57,212 nucleotides of DNA from an uncultured delta proteobacterium (GTDB taxonomy: Bacteria; Desulfobacterota; Desulfomonilia; UBA1062). The notes below the pieces were generated by a model. It searched no databases, was not told where the DNA came from, and worked only from the letters and a program-made list of their open reading frames with translations. Location of the stretch: NCBI GenBank assembly GCA_963752595.1, contig CAVVYZ010000031.1, positions 1-57,212 on the forward strand, given 5' to 3'. How positions within the stretch are numbered: position 1 is the first letter of the stretch; each line of letters opens with the position of its first letter. This document shows positions 55,960-57,212 of this stretch, piece after piece. The translations under genes and the position numbers were made by a program.

Positions 55960-56036
55960 TGGTCGGGAAGCGGGGATTTGAACCCCGGGCCCCAGCGTCC
56001 CGAACGCTGTGCTCTACCAGACTGAGCCACTTCCCG
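55960..56036 (-). tRNA. tRNA-Pro(CGG)
   Basis: CGGGAAGTGGCTCAGTCTGGTAGAGCACAGCGTTCGGGACGCTGGGGCCCGGGGTTCAAATCCCCGCTTCCCGACCA. Confidence 0.97.
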
Positions 56037-56050
56037 TTACCGTCGTACTG

Positions 56051-57212
56051 TATAAAAGAGAATCACCAGCGAAGTCAAGAACGATGATGCTATCGTATCG
56101 AATGTTCGTACGTGATAAATGGCTCCCGTACTACCTTGTGATCCAGCCGGGAATTGACATTTACCGGATATCCGCCTTTCTCAAACCTGAAGAGATCTTC
56201 TCCCAGACGCTCCATCGGCACAGTGACCTCCAGCTTGCCGAAGATCTCGCCCCTGTTGTTTCTTCCGGATTCGATGGCATCGTTTCTGCCGCCTAAGGTT
56301 ACGGACATGATCTTCATGGGCTTTACTTCCACGGCAAAGCTCATCCCTTTCATATCCGACCTGTCTCTACCGTTATAGTAGTAGAGGCCCGGCCACAAGG
56401 TGATGAAGCTTGCATTGGGCATGGGGATGCCGATGGTCATATCGATGCCGGGAAGGGCCTCTTCCCCTTTGTGTTCGTCAGAAATGGGGAGGTAAAGATT
56501 TGCATGGGCGGAAAAATAAGGATGATAGATTTCCGCACCTGTTCCAAGACGTTTGTGGTGATTATCCGTTGTATAATCGAAAAACAGATTGTATCCGGCA
56601 ATAGCCTGCCTCGCGAGGATGGGCGTCCTTATGCCTATGCCCATCCTCGCGAGGCAGGCTATTGCCGAATCTCAATCTGTTTTTTCGACTTCAACGGATA
56701 ATCACCGCAAACGTCTTGGAACAGGTCGGGAAAATGTACTCATCCTTATTTTTCCGCCCATGCAAATCTTTACCTCCCCATTTCTGACGAACACAAAGGG
56801 GAAAAATTACTCCCCAGCATCGATATGACCATCGGCTTCGTCCGATGCAAGCTTCATCACCTTGTGGCCGGGCCTCTACTACTATAACGGTAGAAGACTA
56901 GTCGGATATGAAAGGGATGAGCTTTGCCGTGGAAGTAAAGCCCATGAAGTCCGTGTCCGTAACCTTAGGCGGCAGAACGATCCCATCGAATCCGGAAGAA
57001 CGACGGGGGCAAGATGTTTCGGCAAGCTGGAGGTCATTGTACGATGGAGCACGGTCTGGGAGAAGATCTCTTCAGGTTTGAGAAAGGCGGATATCCGGTA
57101 AATGTCAATTCCCGGCTGGATCACAAGGATGATACGGGAGCCATTTATCACGTACGAACATTCGATACGATAGCATCATCGTTCTTGACTTCGCTGGTGA
57201 TTCTCTTTTATA
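56051..57212. repeat. ~574-bp inverted duplication (fold-back) running to the window end
   Basis: 56051-56624 is the reverse complement of 56639-57212 around a 14-nt loop; right arm carries indels. Confidence 0.93.
56090..56644 (-). CDS. Inverse autotransporter/invasin beta-domain protein (5' truncated by the fold-back)
   Basis: GYNLFFDY....HKRLGTGAE, ANLYLPIS, GID...G, V.R at the C-terminus. Confidence 0.7.
   Translation of the reverse strand: MGIGIRTPILARQAIAGYNLFFDYTTDNHHKRLGTGAEIYHPYFSAHANLYLPISDEHKGEEALPGIDMTIGIPMPNASFITLWPGLYYYNGRDRSDMKGMSFAVEVKPMKIMSVTLGGRNDAIESGRNNRGEIFGKLEVTVPMERLGEDLFRFEKGGYPVNVNSRLDHKVVREPFITYEHSIR

Larger units (their letters stand above)
53535..55983. mobile_element. 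2.4-kb tRNA-Pro(CGG)-targeted mini-island without integrase
   Basis: 27-bp identical direct repeat AATAAAAAGATGGTCGGGAAGCGGGGA at 53535-53561 and 55950-55976; tandem CGTGAAA repeats inside both ends; AT-richer content. Confidence 0.75.

Noticed and set aside
56051-57212. Hairpin telomere of a linear replicon
   Set aside because: The turn interrupts a gene, the arms differ by error-like indels, and no protelomerase is present
1-57212. CRISPR array, rRNA, prophage or integrase genes
   Set aside because: No regularly spaced repeats, rRNA signatures, phage genes or recombinase ORFs seen

Overview
57-kb stretch of an anaerobic bacterial chromosome, most consistent with a deltaproteobacterium (inference from gene content, CIRCE and a sigma54 promoter). 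It looks like a long-read assembly: many genes, including groEL and hisC, carry 1-nt indels, and the last ~1.15 kb is a fold-back inverted duplication. In order: (1) 1-14.2 kb, a glycan biosynthesis/modification locus with four radical-SAM genes (three B12-binding), FkbM, GT2 and a GT-C/TPR protein; (2) Sel1, DUF218, tRNA-Pro(GGG) and a PBP; (3) pheA-hisC-tyrA-aroA-cmk, pcnB, yacG, TetR and CIRCE-groESL; (4) a complete IS inserted into the RBS of an AMIN/PKD/beta-barrel gene, then mntP; (5) a ~1410-aa fused BCR/HAD-family protein of the PlsA/Ger (ether lipid) type; (6) a ~16-kb operon with two atypical acyl-CoA dehydrogenases, three paralogous unknown helical proteins, TetR, two ATP-dependent BCR/HAD-type Fe-S modules, a stand-alone ACS-domain protein, CooC and a flavodoxin-ferredoxin; (7) an integrase-less 2.4-kb island at tRNA-Pro(CGG) carrying one B12 radical-SAM gene, bracketed by att repeats, arm-like repeats and stacked 3' fragments of other tRNAs. 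The best candidates for undescribed systems are (6) and (7).
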